Below, piece after piece: positions 40,557-53,163 of a stretch of 64,000 nt of DNA. The notes under the pieces are model-generated. The model saw nothing but the letters and a program-made list of their open reading frames with translations. It was not told the DNA's origin and ran no database searches. The DNA lies in contig JBLDXI010000024.1 in NCBI GenBank assembly GCA_047495785.1, positions 930,001 to 994,000 of the forward strand. The letters run 5' to 3'. The position numbers and the translations under genes were made by a program. Source of the stretch: Lepidodermella squamata. Lineage: Eukaryota > Animalia > Gastrotricha. Numbering within the stretch: position 1 is the first letter of the stretch; every line of letters starts with the position of its first letter.

Positions 40557-41024
40557 ATGCGGCGGATTATGGCTAACTGGAGTAAACATATCCCTTGTTT
40601 CCTGTTCACTTTAACCATAACTCTTCAAATGATCGATGAGGCAAGGGGACAAACGACAACTGCAGCCACAACAACAACAACAACGCGAACAACGGCGAAG
40701 GCTACCACAACTACTCCGCTTTTCACTCCGGAAACACCGAAACCTGAGCAGCGAGCTACCCCCGACTGGAATTACAGCAATTGGCAACGGAAATGCAAAC
40801 GCGACTGCTATAACCGGTACTACGCCTTTGGCTACTCAATTACTAGGGGTTATGAGGACAGAATCGGAGGGTTCGACCGGACGGTTATGAAATGCGAAAC
40901 TACGTGTCAACAGCGCATGCTCCTTTCGGGCGGCAGTTCGAGCAACTCGGCTACAACTATCAAATCACTGCTTTCTTATCCCGTGACAGTAACGCTCCTC
41001 CTTTTGCCCATGCTATTCAAGTAA
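40557..41024 (+). CDS. Secreted/GPI-type Thr-rich CxxxC...CxxxC protein, paralogue B (intronless)
   Basis: Clear homologue of paralogue A (TPETPKPEQRATPDW..NWQRKCKRDCYN..CETTCQQR), with a Ser-rich spacer and hydrophobic tail. Confidence 0.8.
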   Translation: MRRIMANWSKHIPCFLFTLTITLQMIDEARGQTTTAATTTTTTRTTAKATTTTPLFTPETPKPEQRATPDWNYSNWQRKCKRDCYNRYYAFGYSITRGYEDRIGGFDRTVMKCETTCQQRMLLSGGSSSNSATTIKSLLSYPVTVTLLLLPMLFK

Positions 41025-41744
41025 AAATTAGCACATAATAAGTAAATAAAAAATGATTGAAACTGTACAAATTACCAAAACCGATTTTTATGTCAGAGAA
41101 TATTTTATTTCAATTTCTATAAATTTCAATGCATAAAGATAGAAGCAATAAGCAATCTAAATATGTTTTAAAGCAGTATTTCGAGACACAATGGTAGTTC
41201 AGTAATAAAATTAGCACTGTTGAACAGCGGTCAGAAAATGACACAAATTGCTGCACAGCTACGAAGTTAAGGAGAAAATAACAACATTAGACACATTTAA
41301 AAACCTCTCCTCTGAAATGATCATGCGAAAACATAAATAATATAATCTCCTCACCAAATGAAGCAGCAGTCAATGCGGTGAACAATAGGTAAAAAAGGCA
41401 CAATCGAAGCTTTTTCAGTAATATTCTTGGGTTCAAGCAATGAGCAGAAGGGGTTCAAGGCACACAGAATAAGAACGAAAATTGCGAAAAATGAGCTGGT
41501 GGGTTCTAGATTTTGACGTAATAAATGTAAGAGCCGCAACCTTCGCACCAAGTGAGCAGGGTTCGAAAATACCATATAGTAATATCATGCGCAAAATACT
41601 CAGGGGTGAAAAACTTTGATCTGCGACAGACGGTCCACTCAAAAAGCACCAATGATTGAGTGCGCGCTTCTTGTTGTTATATAATAAAAAATCTCAAAAA
41701 GTAAAACAACGAGGTATAATTCGAGAGACTACATAGAACTGAAA

Positions 41745-44476
41745 TTAAATGCTCCGTCCTGCAGCGACCGGCTGGTCCCGACCCGATGATGGAGTTGTCG
41801 GCGTACTAGCCGGGTAGCTATCCAGCGATACACGGTGATGATTGCTTGTATTGCTGCTAGGCGGTATCGTCCCGAGGTGGGCAACGCTACGAAAACGCCC
41901 GAGAGATGCGTACGGATTGTTATCGACACCATCTAGCACCGTAAGAGGCGGCGGGGCTGGTTTTTGCAGCGGACGGAAATTTTGCCGGGCATGACTGCTG
42001 GAATTACCGTTTTGATGATTCACCCCGAGCAGGTTTATCTGAGGCCCCTGGGGTATGATCAAAGAGCCTTGTCTCGGGAAAAAGTTATTCCCATTGGCTG
42101 TAGCCACGACCTTCTTGTTACCGGCGAAGAACTGCTGGCCTGACTGCGGCGATAACGTCGAGGACCGGCCTAAAGTAGCCGAGTCCGTAATTTGATTTGG
42201 CACCGCAGCGGGCTCAGGCTGATTATTTAGCACCAAATGCGCGACCGATAAATGATGTTGCGGGTCTTGGCGCCGCCTCCGTCTGGGTGGCGGAAGCGGA
42301 GGCGGGGGCGATACCTGCCCGCCCAGAACCGCCTGAGACGTCACAAGCGGATTCTCCTTATGCAATACCGGTTCAACCACCGATTTCAACGCAACGTAAG
42401 GTGGGCTAATATTCGACAGGTCCACAACAATCCGTTCCTGGTTATTTTGATTGCTAGTATCGATTGACAGTGACGCCGACATGATATCAGCATCAGTTGG
42501 GGGCACACCGAGTTCGTTTATGTTGTCATAAGACCCGGAAAGCTGGCGACGGTGGGTCATCCGCTGCTTGCGAGACGAGGGCGACATCGGAGACGACGCT
42601 GATAACTTCTCAACCGAGCTGACCAACTGGGCTAGTTGCTTTTCAACACCTTCAAGCCGACTCAAAGCTATGACGTCCTGCTGCTGGGTTGGTACCACCG
42701 GCTTGTCGAACCTGGGTGGAGGCGGCGGTTTGAAGATAGCGCTCGATGACGCGGGTCCGTTCGGCATTATTGGCCGGCGAATCACTAACGGCGTCTCTGC
42801 CGTTGAGGCGCGGCGTTGAACAGCTGGTTTTTGGCTGCTGGTCATGTTAGCTAGCCGGGGCAAACTCGGCGAGGCGATTGTTGAGTTTTGCAACGACCGG
42901 GGAATCGCCTCGGCCAGTAGTTTCGAGGCCCGTCGTAAAATCGCCCAATCGCTCGTGCGATGAGCCACAACCAATTCACTAGCGATTTCTGTAGCGAGCA
43001 GCCGCCCCGACGCTACAGGCCTTTGATTAGCAGGCTGGGCCAGGCTGCTGTTCGACCCGCCAAACGGGTCTGGCGGTTTCGGCGGCGGGGGTGACGGCGA
43101 ATTCGCCGGAAATTCGCGATGTAACTCTTGGCCTGAGTTGAGAACGACTGAAACACCCAGCTTAACCAGCCGTCTCATGCAACTCCTTGAAATTCGGCGA
43201 AACAACGTCGCAACGACTTGATACAAAAACACGTACTGATCAAACGTTTGCACCATCGACGGCCGTTGATAGCGCAGCGATTTGACCAGCTCAAGCATTC
43301 CGTTAGACAGCATATTAGCGTCCAACTGATGGATTTTCAGGAGGACGCAAATTTGGTGTAGACTGATAAAAACACCCGTCCTCCCGCAACCGGCCGAACA
43401 GTGGATCAACAGCGGACTCGCCGGTGCTTCATGCTCGAGTCCGTTCATCTGCCTGTGTGGCGATGGCGGATAGGTGTGAATTAGAAGTGAAGCTAAATCA
43501 ATGAGACTGGTTATAGCCGATGGAGGGGGTACGCCGTGATCGGGCCAGCCGTTCATTTGATACTGCCGACACCTAGTTATCACCGACCGGCCGTCTTCCG
43601 TAGTTGAATAAACCTCGAAAATTCGGCAAATCGGCGTGTAGAGCGTCGGCGTTTGATTGACATATGTCACCAGCTCCTCTGCAACCAACGTGACGGTTAT
43701 ATTGCCGTAGCTGTGAGGTTTCCCGAGCTCATCAGGCCAGTATTTGGCACACTTTGACCGTCCAGATTCAACCAAATCACATAACATAACTATTGCAGGA
43801 CATCGATATCTGGAAAAAAATAGCAGAAAATTTAGCACTTGACAAAAAATAAAATGAGAATCCTCCTTAATAATCAATTCCTATTTTTTTCGCTAAGCCA
43901 AAGCACTAAATTTACCAATTTTATGATCCAACTTGCTGAAGAGTGGACGTGTATCAGATTATATGACTATTTTGATGAATAAAAAATCTACCTTATCACC
44001 ATTCGCCAGAAATCACAAGCCTGGCCGGGAAGAGGACCCTGTGCCGCGATGTAACTGCAACAACTTGCCAGACCTTCGATAAGACTGGCATTGATGTAGC
44101 TATCCACTGAATCTATGACAACGCGCGATCTATCGAAAGGAATTATATCTCGATATCGATTTTTCGACGCATTTTCCGGTTTTTGACCGACGGTTTGCGG
44201 AAATTCTTGCCGTACGTGCAAACCATACATTTTTATTTCCTAAAAGGTAAGATTTCAAAATTTCGATTGCATAAAGGGGATCAATCTTCTTACCATGAAT
44301 TCTCTACTCACTCCATCATTCGGGTCCATTTGCAACTTATTTGAGCCGTTCTGCTGGCCATTCGATTCTTCGGAGTGAAGCGCGGCTAGCTTAGCAACAG
44401 TAGGCCACAAATTGATGTCCTCGGCGTGATTCAGGAACGCAGCAAAGGCATTGCAGAAAACTTCGAGCAGTGCCAT
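41745..44476 (-). CDS. PTPN12: Non-receptor protein tyrosine phosphatase, PTP-PEST family (PTPN12/18/22-like)
   Basis: KNRYRDIIPFD, WPDHGVP, HCSAGCGRTG, MVQT..QY and a long proline-rich tail; three coding exons. Confidence 0.8.
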
Positions 44477-45299
44477 GTTTGCGCCGCAATGACCACAAAT
44501 CGCTCACTCAACGTTTAAAATGTAAGTCACATTCTAAAAATTAACAAGAAAATTATTGTTCGATGTTATCCTCAATTATTATTCTGAACTCTGCGCTTCA
44601 GGTTTCAGCCAACCTTTTTGCGCAAATTACATTTTGTTTTGTTTACATTCTCGTTATTATTATTACTTTAACGAGATGGACATTTTTGTATAAACGAAAC
44701 AAAAGAGACACAAGGTTTTTGCAGTGTTTCAAACCTAGATTGCTGTTGCAGATGGACTGAAAACGACGCTCGCAACTATGTTTCCACACAACAATTCTCA
44801 ACAGACTCCGCGATTAGAGCGCGTTTCATCATCATCACTAAACATGTGAAATAACAAAAATGAACGCCCGGAAAAAATTGTTGCATTATTTGTTTTTCGA
44901 CCGGCTTATTTTCACGTGGCGGTCATTTTGAACGTTTTCTTACAAACAGAATAAGACTCACGATGAATAAATCCGCCTTAAAAACTAAAATCAACTAAAA
45001 TAATTGAGGCGCCATCCAAGAAGTCATGTTTTTTTTATATAAAAAGAATCAATTTACAATAATTATTATAATAAGACACACGGAGATAACAGCGTGGCGA
45101 ACCGAAAAATTCGAAATAAGAAAAACTGACATGACAAGCAAAAACATCGGTATAATTGACGACACATGATAGGCAACGTACTACGATCAAAAGTCACACA
45201 GTATGTTTTTTTTCGTTGATTTCTAGCGTAAAAACAGGCTAAACTGAGGTTTGATACTTTTATTCCCATATATATATGCGCGTTCAACAATGACTATCA

Positions 45300-46657
45300 T
45301 TATTTGCTTCTCCGCTTCGAGGATTTTTTCGACAGCATCATAGCTTTAGGCGCTTTCTTTATCAAGCCATTACTCGGCGACGAGGTCCGGTGATGTCCCT
45401 GAGAAGAAGTGCTCCGAGAGTTATGCGGGGCTGTGAACGGGTTGTCCGCTTTCCTCGCCGGCAAGTCCCAGTCGAATTGCAGGTAGATCTTATTGATGAA
45501 AGGTTGGGTCTGTGCGACCCATTCGTCTTCCTCGTCGGAGTCACCCTCGTCAACCCCGTTAAGCACCAAATCATCAGCCTCGTCATCTTGCTCTCGCTGC
45601 AATTTCCGCCTCTTGCTGTGACTACTATGAGAAGTAGTCGATTTCTTAGACGGCGCGGTTCCGTTAACCTTTTTCGGCGCTGAATTTGTCTTATTCGCAC
45701 TTGGCTGGGTTTGAGGCTTTTTATGAGCAGCTGCTTTCGAATTACCGTTCACCAGGGGTTCATCGAATTCGTAGACTTTCATAGAATTAGCATCACTCGG
45801 CGCCTTCTTCGCGGCAGTTTTCACTGAGATTTTCTTGCTATGATGGTCAGCAGCAGCAGCAGTTGACGGGGCGGGAGGGGCTGAATTGCGGTGGTTCTGG
45901 TTTTGCTTCAAGTGGGAAGAGGGCGACGACGGTGGGGAGTGGATGCTTTTCGTATGTTGTGGTATACGCGGGGGCGAAAAGTTGCCACAAGCCATTGCCA
46001 TCGCCAACACTTCGAGAACGGCGTTATTATCCGAGAAGATGGCATTGTTAGACTGGTCCGACGAAGCGATCACAGTTTGGCGGGACACAGCAGTCGAGGA
46101 TGAGCTTTTCGTGGGAGATGCTTGTTTTTGAGTCTGGGTACGGCCATGAGCTTCTCGAGGAAGATCATTAGTTTTGTTGCTGAAAAGAAATAAATGAAAA
46201 ATAATTCAAAAACTCCTCCTTAAAAATTGGAAATCGTCCAAACATACCCTATTATATTGGCAATATTGAAAGACGAAACATTGCTATTATTTGGAGACGA
46301 GTTCTGGTGAGCGACCGGGGCGGATTGATGTGAGAGAAGCGACGCAGCCGTCTGATTAGTCAGCTGGTTAAGCAGCGATGCAGCGGCCATGGCCAGATTG
46401 TTTGCATTAGCCTGCGCTACGGCAGCATTGTTGGGGCCGGAGTGCGTCGGTGACGTAGAAAGGTTCATCGGATTAGTCACACCAGCACCAGGCTGACTTT
46501 TTAGGCTGGATTTGCCGCCGCTCACTGCCCCGCTACTGCCGTGTGCTGGCACCGGGGCTGCACGTGCGATTTGTTGCGGCGATGAATGCTCGTGTGCCTT
46601 CCCAATTTTCGTCCCGGTACCGTTACTATGCGCCACGCTAGTACCGTTTGTATTCAT
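45300..46657 (-). CDS. Orphan low-complexity, probably nuclear protein (2 exons)
   Basis: ORFs 46657-46247 and 46180-45300 join in frame. Contains basic NLS-like clusters and the short motifs PMNLS, FNIANII and VYEF. Confidence 0.65.
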
Positions 46658-46794
46658 TTATCAGCGCTGGTGCCAGAAATTATTCTGGTTCAAATCATCG
46701 ATGATAAAATTCTATAGGAACAGCGTAAATAGCTTAGATCTAACAAATCTTTGCACAATATTTTTGCATCATTTAAATTGAGCCCATAAACAAA

Positions 46795-48615
46795 TTAATA
46801 ACTGCTGAAGTGGCGAAGTCGCCATAGAAGCACTCGGCCGCTGCTGTTTCCGGCTGCCATGAAGCCACTGTTTGGCGACAGCGCAACAACGGAAATGTTC
46901 TTCAACCGCATGTCTTCCGGCTCGGGGAAATTCGCGTAAACGCAACGAGACGAAAGATGAACGGCTTTTATGGCCCTTGGCGCTTGTGTTGACCACGCCA
47001 TCATCAGCTCTGACGAGTGATTGGTAACGATACCCGTTACAGGGGTAGTCAGGTTCTTCAACACCTTAACCGGCTTCGGATCACTGGTAAAAGAGCAGTT
47101 TTAAAACTTTGGATGACAATTCTGATGAAATTTACCGATTTGTGATGCAGTCAGCTGCGTTGTAAATGTTAACGATACCAGAATCTGACCCACAGCTGAT
47201 CATCGAGCCATCAGGTGAGGCGTTGATGCTGGTCCCATGAATGCAGCCAGAGTCATTGAAGCGATTCAGGCACTCTTTTTGCTGCCTGATATCCCACACG
47301 AAGACCTCGCAATCGTTACCCGAGGCGTACAAGTTGTTTCCGACCATAGCTAACCCTCCAACTTCGCCGTTTCGTTTCACATCGAATAGCAGCTCTTTAG
47401 TTCTCGTCGATATGATGTGAACGTAACCGTTCCGCGACGAAAATGCCATCATTTTACCATCGGGAGCAAGCGTCATATAACGGAATGGGGTACAGCCGTG
47501 GTCACGATAACGATCGTACAGAATCATTTTTTCACTCATCAAATCGTAGGCGTAAAAATTGGGTTGGCAAATAGCACATTGCAGGAAAATTTCCTGCGTA
47601 TGAGCATTGAACTGAGCGCGTTGGATGGGCCATTTTTTCATGGTTATGCTATGTACTAAAGCATTTTTCTTGCCATCCACCTAAATAAATAAATAATTAA
47701 TAAAATTTGCTGTTTCGTTACATCATTCTGCAATACCTGAAATAATTTTAAGGAGGAATCATGACTAGCGACCAGAGCTAACGTTGATAGAGGATAGAAA
47801 TCGATGGAGGAAATTTGAGCAAAATGACGCAATTCTTGATTCAGATCAGCACATCGAGCAAATTCCAGAGTTTGACCCCCAGGGAGAGGCGAATTTACGG
47901 ATGACGACGGACCTTCTTTCGTAATGTAGTCACGCAGTTTTCTGAAACCGTCGTCATCTTCATCGTCTTCTTCACTGCTTGATCCAACAGCTGAATCATC
48001 TTTGCCTTCAGAACCGAGTCCTTTTTTCTTTTTCAGCCGTTTCTCGGCCTTTTGAGCCCAGCGCGGTTGGCCAACAAGCTGTTCGTATTGCTCACGATTT
48101 AAGGCGGCTTGCTCTTCTTCCTCTGAATCGTCCTGCCAGGCAGCGTTTTTCTGTTTCTTCTTCGGCTCAGGAGCCTGATTTTTCCTCTTTTTCTTTGAAA
48201 TTTTCGGCTCGGGCTCTGATTCCGAACTTTCAGCCTCGGCTAGCAAAGCTTCGGCCAAGACATCAGCCCGGTTGAAGACTGACCTTTCCAAATACTCCAA
48301 GGCATCTTCATTGGCTTTTTTGTTGTCTTTCCACTTCGCTGAGACGTTCCGTTTAGGCTTTTTAGGCTTTTCGTCAATTTCCTCCTTTGCAACCTCCTCA
48401 TCGTCTTCGGTAAATTTTTTGACAGGCTTCTTTTTCACTTCAGGCTTTTCGGTAATTTCAACTTGAGCGGGTTTTTCTTCAACGGGATCCGCAGATTCGT
48501 TCGCTCCTTTCCGGTCGATGACAAATCCGTAATTCGCCGCAGGTTTCGAGGTTAAAAAGCTATTTTTGGGCTCGTTATTGCCCATATCGCGATATTTTCT
48601 TGCCAATCGATTCAT
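46795..48615 (-). CDS. UTP18: U3 snoRNA-associated protein 18 (WD40)
   Basis: AAWQDD, PRWA, LFQVDGKKN, WD repeats, SQAPRAIKAVHL..VYANFP and C-terminal LWRLRHFSSY. Confidence 0.9.
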
Positions 48616-49034
48616 TTCAAAGTTATTAAATTCCTAAAAAACACAAGAAAAAAATTAAAAATCATATTTTTAATATGGAAAAGGCTGTTATTGGATTTTT
48701 TCACTATATCACTATACTTGAGATTTCAACTGCTTCTTTGAACAGTGATATAAGTAATAAAAATAAAGAAAGAAACAAGTGTCGAGCCGTTGATAAATGG
48801 AGTGTGCAAATGAGAAACATCACGCAAAGAAATAAAACCACAGCTGAAACGAGCAGGGGAAGAACGTAATTTGAGTCACTAGAATATTATATCACATTGA
48901 ATGTCGGTAAGACATTGACGATAAGGCAAGAAATCAAATCACATCTTCGGTCCCTCTAAAATCATTTCAGCAGCTAGAAAAACATCAATTATAACTGAAA
49001 AGTTTTCGTTGTATTGATTGAATTGATTCACTGA

Positions 49035-50878
49035 CTAAGAGATGAGCTCAAAATATTTCCCAGTCTTTGGATCGTAATAGCAATTCAAAACAGGATCGAA
49101 CAATAGTTCCACTTCAGATTGTTCGGAAGCAACGCTGGCTTGAGTCTCTGAGGAAGGTAGATCAGCGCTTTTATCGACAGCATTTTTTCCGTTAAATTGA
49201 GCTGGCGCGTCATGGTCATCATCAGCATCCTTAAATTTGTCCATATAACGTTTGGCATCGTAAGAAATCGGAGGACTTTGAACTTTGGGACTACCGCCAG
49301 CCGGTTCGAAGTCACTGTTCAAAGCAGGTCCAGCGTCATTCAACATCGACCATGAAGTACCTTCGTCATCTGAAAATTTCTCTTCCTGCAGAAAAGAACG
49401 CTTTATCAAATCAAGCGCTTCGTTTTTCGACGATGTAGCTGAATTTTTAAGCTGGAGGTTTAACAGCGCTGCTTTTGCTGCGGGTTTAGCAGCATCGGGT
49501 GCCACTAAAGAGTAAGTTTGCCGAACAGCGGGCAATTTCGGCACGTCAGATTTTTTGCCTGCGACATTTGAAACAAAAACCTCGGTAGTGTCCTCGCGAT
49601 CAACAACACCGGGTATTGAACTTTGTTTCTTTACCGCGACATGTAGGCTGGACTCGATATTCAACAAATCTATCGCATCAACAACAGATTCTGTGAGAGA
49701 GGATCGTCTCTTCGATTGTTTCTCTGGCTCAATGTAGGGAAGAATCGGCTCCTTATGGCCTGTTAAAGTCAAGTCAGGTTCGTTATGAACTTTGCCGGCC
49801 GAAGATTTTACGATCGGTTTTGTTTTCTTCGCGACATGCTGACTCCCTGACATTCGAGCCGTGTCAACAGACTTAGATGAAGTGCTTGTTATGACTAGAC
49901 CATCTCCATTTTCATCATTTGATGTGACACATGGACCTGAAACAACTACCCGGCGGACAGCAGGGGCTCTCTTCTTATTGGTCGGTGGAGGTTCTGGTAG
50001 TTTTTCGCCAGCAGAGAGCGCTGATCGGCTACTGGCGAATCCACTTGGAATTGCACTACCTACACCGGTGATCACTAAATTTCCAGCTGGAGCAGACGTA
50101 ACAGCATTTCCGCGAACACTATTCGGAGGTGCTGACGATATTTGCTTTTGCAACGAATTTATTGAAATCAACTAAATTAACGAGAACAAAACGATTAATT
50201 TCAGGGAATTTAGCTACTAGAAGTATAACAAACCTGAGTTGTATGGGTGACTTCGATGGGGAAATCGCAGCTCTTTGGCATATGCTCATACGCATAACTT
50301 TTCTCGATTTCTTCTTCAACGCAATCGCTGTCGATTTGACTGCAAGTCGGCGGCGGCGGGACTTTCAAAGTGAAAATTTTGCGCAACTTGAATGTTCCAG
50401 CAAGTACAATGGATGCGACACTATGGTAAACGCTAGTCGGCCAGCAGGTTGAAACAAAGGATGGAAGATCGATACATAAATTCGTCCACAAATTGTGTTG
50501 CAGACCAGATAGAGGCAATCGAGCATGTAAAGCAGTCGAAGATATCTCTTTCTGATTTCCTGAGAAAAACAAACGTCTTCTCGTGCCACGTACATCGCGG
50601 ACAGTCAGTTCAAAATAGAAATCGTGCAGCCGAGGAACGTAAACTTGCAAAACAAAGAACGGTTGTATCAGAAACAAGTTTTGCTTAGAATCCTTTGGCA
50701 ACTGAATTTGCGCTGAGCCAGTTGCTCCTTTCGCTTGCAATATAAATCCTTTTGCATCTTTCTCATAGACTTTCTCGAAGGAGCCACTCTCGGATACTTT
50801 CCATTCTTTCAATGGCTCACGTGCGTTCACAGTAAAGATTTCCACATGGGTTCCGCCTTGGTATTCCTCTTTGAACAT
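49035..50878 (-). CDS. CFAP20DC: CFAP20 domain-containing protein (C3orf67)
   Basis: N-terminal MFKEEYQGG plus a CFAP20/DUF667-like domain, and C-terminal LFDPVLNCYYDPKTGKYFEL. Confidence 0.9.
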
Positions 50879-51015
50879 TAAAAGTCATATGAATTAAATG
50901 TCTAAAAACGAAATTACAATGAATAGTTAGATTTGCTACACGACTTTTTCTATCTTCATCGCAAGAAAATTTCAAAATTTAAAGACGATCAGCACCCTTC
51001 TCGACGTCGTGAAAG

Positions 51016-51310
51016 TTACTGGCTGCTTCCGGACTTGTTGTTTCCATTCTTGTTGTTTTTCCGCGCAAATCGGAGGTTTCGCAGCAGTTTAGCATCAATC
51101 TTATATGAATAATAATGATGATGAGGTGATTCTTTACATAACGAAATAAACTTACTCCCTTAGTCGAAGTGTAGCGGAATCGCTTGGGCTTCTTGATGCC
51201 GTTGCGATGGTCCTTGCGGTCTGTAAAAGTATTACAGTTAAAGCTTGATAAAATACTGAAAGTGAACACTCACTTTGGTTATGACTGGTGTGGTTCTTTG
51301 ACTTCGCCAT
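51016..51310 (-). CDS. RPL29: 60S ribosomal protein L29 (eL29), 3 coding exons
   Basis: MAKSKNHTSHNQ|NRKDHRNGIKKPKRFRYTSTKG|IDAKLLRNLRFARKNNK. Confidence 0.95.
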
Positions 51311-51420
51311 TATATACGCTGATCTGAATAATTTCTCTAAAGAAAATATATAACAATTGATCAGTTGACGGTGCCAAGAAGTAGAGTTAATAAAATCTTA
51401 GCTAAATTAAACAATATGCG

Positions 51421-51580
51421 CTAGTTACTCGAGTGAGAAGTGTCAAGTCATAATATAAAGGAAAGACATAGGCAATTCCAGCAGTATGGGCCTGCTTTGA
51501 TTGCCAGCATGGTCTCGAACGCCAAGTCGAATGCCGTATGTTCCGACACGATCTCACTAATACTCGAGTAGCAACACTAG
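51421..51580 (-). other. Candidate structured RNA element (long closing stem plus multibranch junction) in the RPL29 leader
   Basis: Nested pairs UACUCGA/UCGAGUA, GUGAGA/UCUCAC, GUGUCGG/UUGACAC and CAUA/UAUG enclose two hairpins and a pyrimidine-rich strand. Confidence 0.45.
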
Positions 51581-53163
51581 AATTAACATCAGAAACAGCG
51601 TGACACCTGACACTAATGACTTCAATTCAAAGTCATGGTTTGGGGTTTGGGGTTTGGGCTTCAACATTTTCATCATCGGAATCAGAGGGTAGGAGCAGGG
51701 CCAGGGTATGATAAGATAGGTGATTTATTGCCAGGTTGAGGTGATTCAACTGCACTGTTTGCCTTAGCCTGAAGTTTAATGCCACATGCTTAACGCAAAG
51801 TCATCATAAAGTGACAATGCTAAACTATTTTGGAAGCATCACAAAGACGCAGCGATCTATACACATCCTCGTTCGACAACAGGAGAAATGAGCATGGAAC
51901 CAGTTTCGCGGCGGGAAACATCAACAGTAGCCATTAACCGAAACGAATTCAACGGAAACATCTAGGTGGCCAAAAGAATCAATAATTGCTGATGCGTGGC
52001 ACCATGGTCGGCGCCAACAGCAGGAATCCAGTCTGGAAACGATCACAACGATTTAGCAACCTTGCGTAGCGAGGAGCGGCGAATAGTTGAGACCGCGGGG
52101 CGCCTTGCCGCATGATGAATGAACGATTTCGATGTCAAGTATAATTGTTGTATTTTTTATTCCAAATTAATTACTAATACATCAAATAATAATTTTTCAA
52201 TTATTCTAGGACAAAAACAAGTTTGATTATTGCAGCATGCTATTAAGCCACTTTTTTGTGGTTGTGGTTTCCTCAGCATTGCCAATGTCTAAGGTCTAAG
52301 GTCACAACCTTAGGTCACAAGAATCGTCCAACAGTAAACGAATGTCAGAGGTCAAAGCTTTGATTACAAATCAAAAGCACACGACCAACCTCTTGACAGA
52401 TGTCATTATCCTGGGTGAAAAATGTAAAGACAAAGTTCAATTTTCCATGTTCACCTTGGCCCAAAAGACCACCGCAGAAAACCTTCGGATTACTAGGAAA
52501 TAATAACTGCACTGATCCTACAATATGCGGTGGATAAAAGTAGAACAAATAAGCCTCAAGATCAATGATCAGCGGCACAATGAATTATCCAAAATAAAGA
52601 TTGTCAATGAGAACAGCGATCAGCTTTGTCATTAACTTGATAATAAGCGCCTACATGAAGTTATTCTTCTTTTTGCTTATTGAATATCGAACAATGCGCG
52701 AATGGATGTTGCGCCTGAAGTTTCAAATTTCATGTCAATTCATATAAACTGTCAACCTTGGACATGGTCAATGAGAGAACAAATCAGATAAATCCAGTTG
52801 AACTAATCGAATCTGGAAAATGAAAGATTCGCCAATAAGTTCCTTATATTGTGTACCTATAGGTAGTACTGTTGTGTTTAAATGATAGGAAATGCTCTTG
52901 CTGGCTTCAGGTTATTAAACAAATTCATGCGTTTTCTATAAAAGTTGGTTATAATATCGTGTCATTCCTGTCATTAGATTCCTCTTTGGCTGCAGTCTTG
53001 ACGGCCGACCTTTAATCGACGTACAGCCGCTTAACTGCATCTTTATAATTTATTTATTTGTTCCCTTCTCGCGCCAAAATGTTCAACTTCCAAAACAAAT
53101 TTTTTAGCATTGCGCCGAATTTATTTCACCAATTAACAATTGAGCATTAAAATCGATTCACAT

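Noticed and set aside
45480-45540. Sororin-like DEW...QFD or Hairless Su(H)-binding identity for the orphan gene
   Set aside because: The spacing differs, the motif is not C-terminal, and the similarity is too short.
51637-51658. GGTTTGGGGTTTGGGGTTTGGG as a telomeric repeat or C/D guide
   Set aside because: Only about 3 units. Flanking AUGAUGA/CUGA boxes exist, but I found no terminal stem or rRNA complementarity.
52255-52325. miR-67/307-like seed (TCACAACC) in a weak hairpin
   Set aside because: No similarity beyond the seed, and stem pairing is poor.
52342-52503. 53-aa plus-strand ORF between RPL29 leader and MRPS33
   Set aside because: No recognisable motif or splice support.
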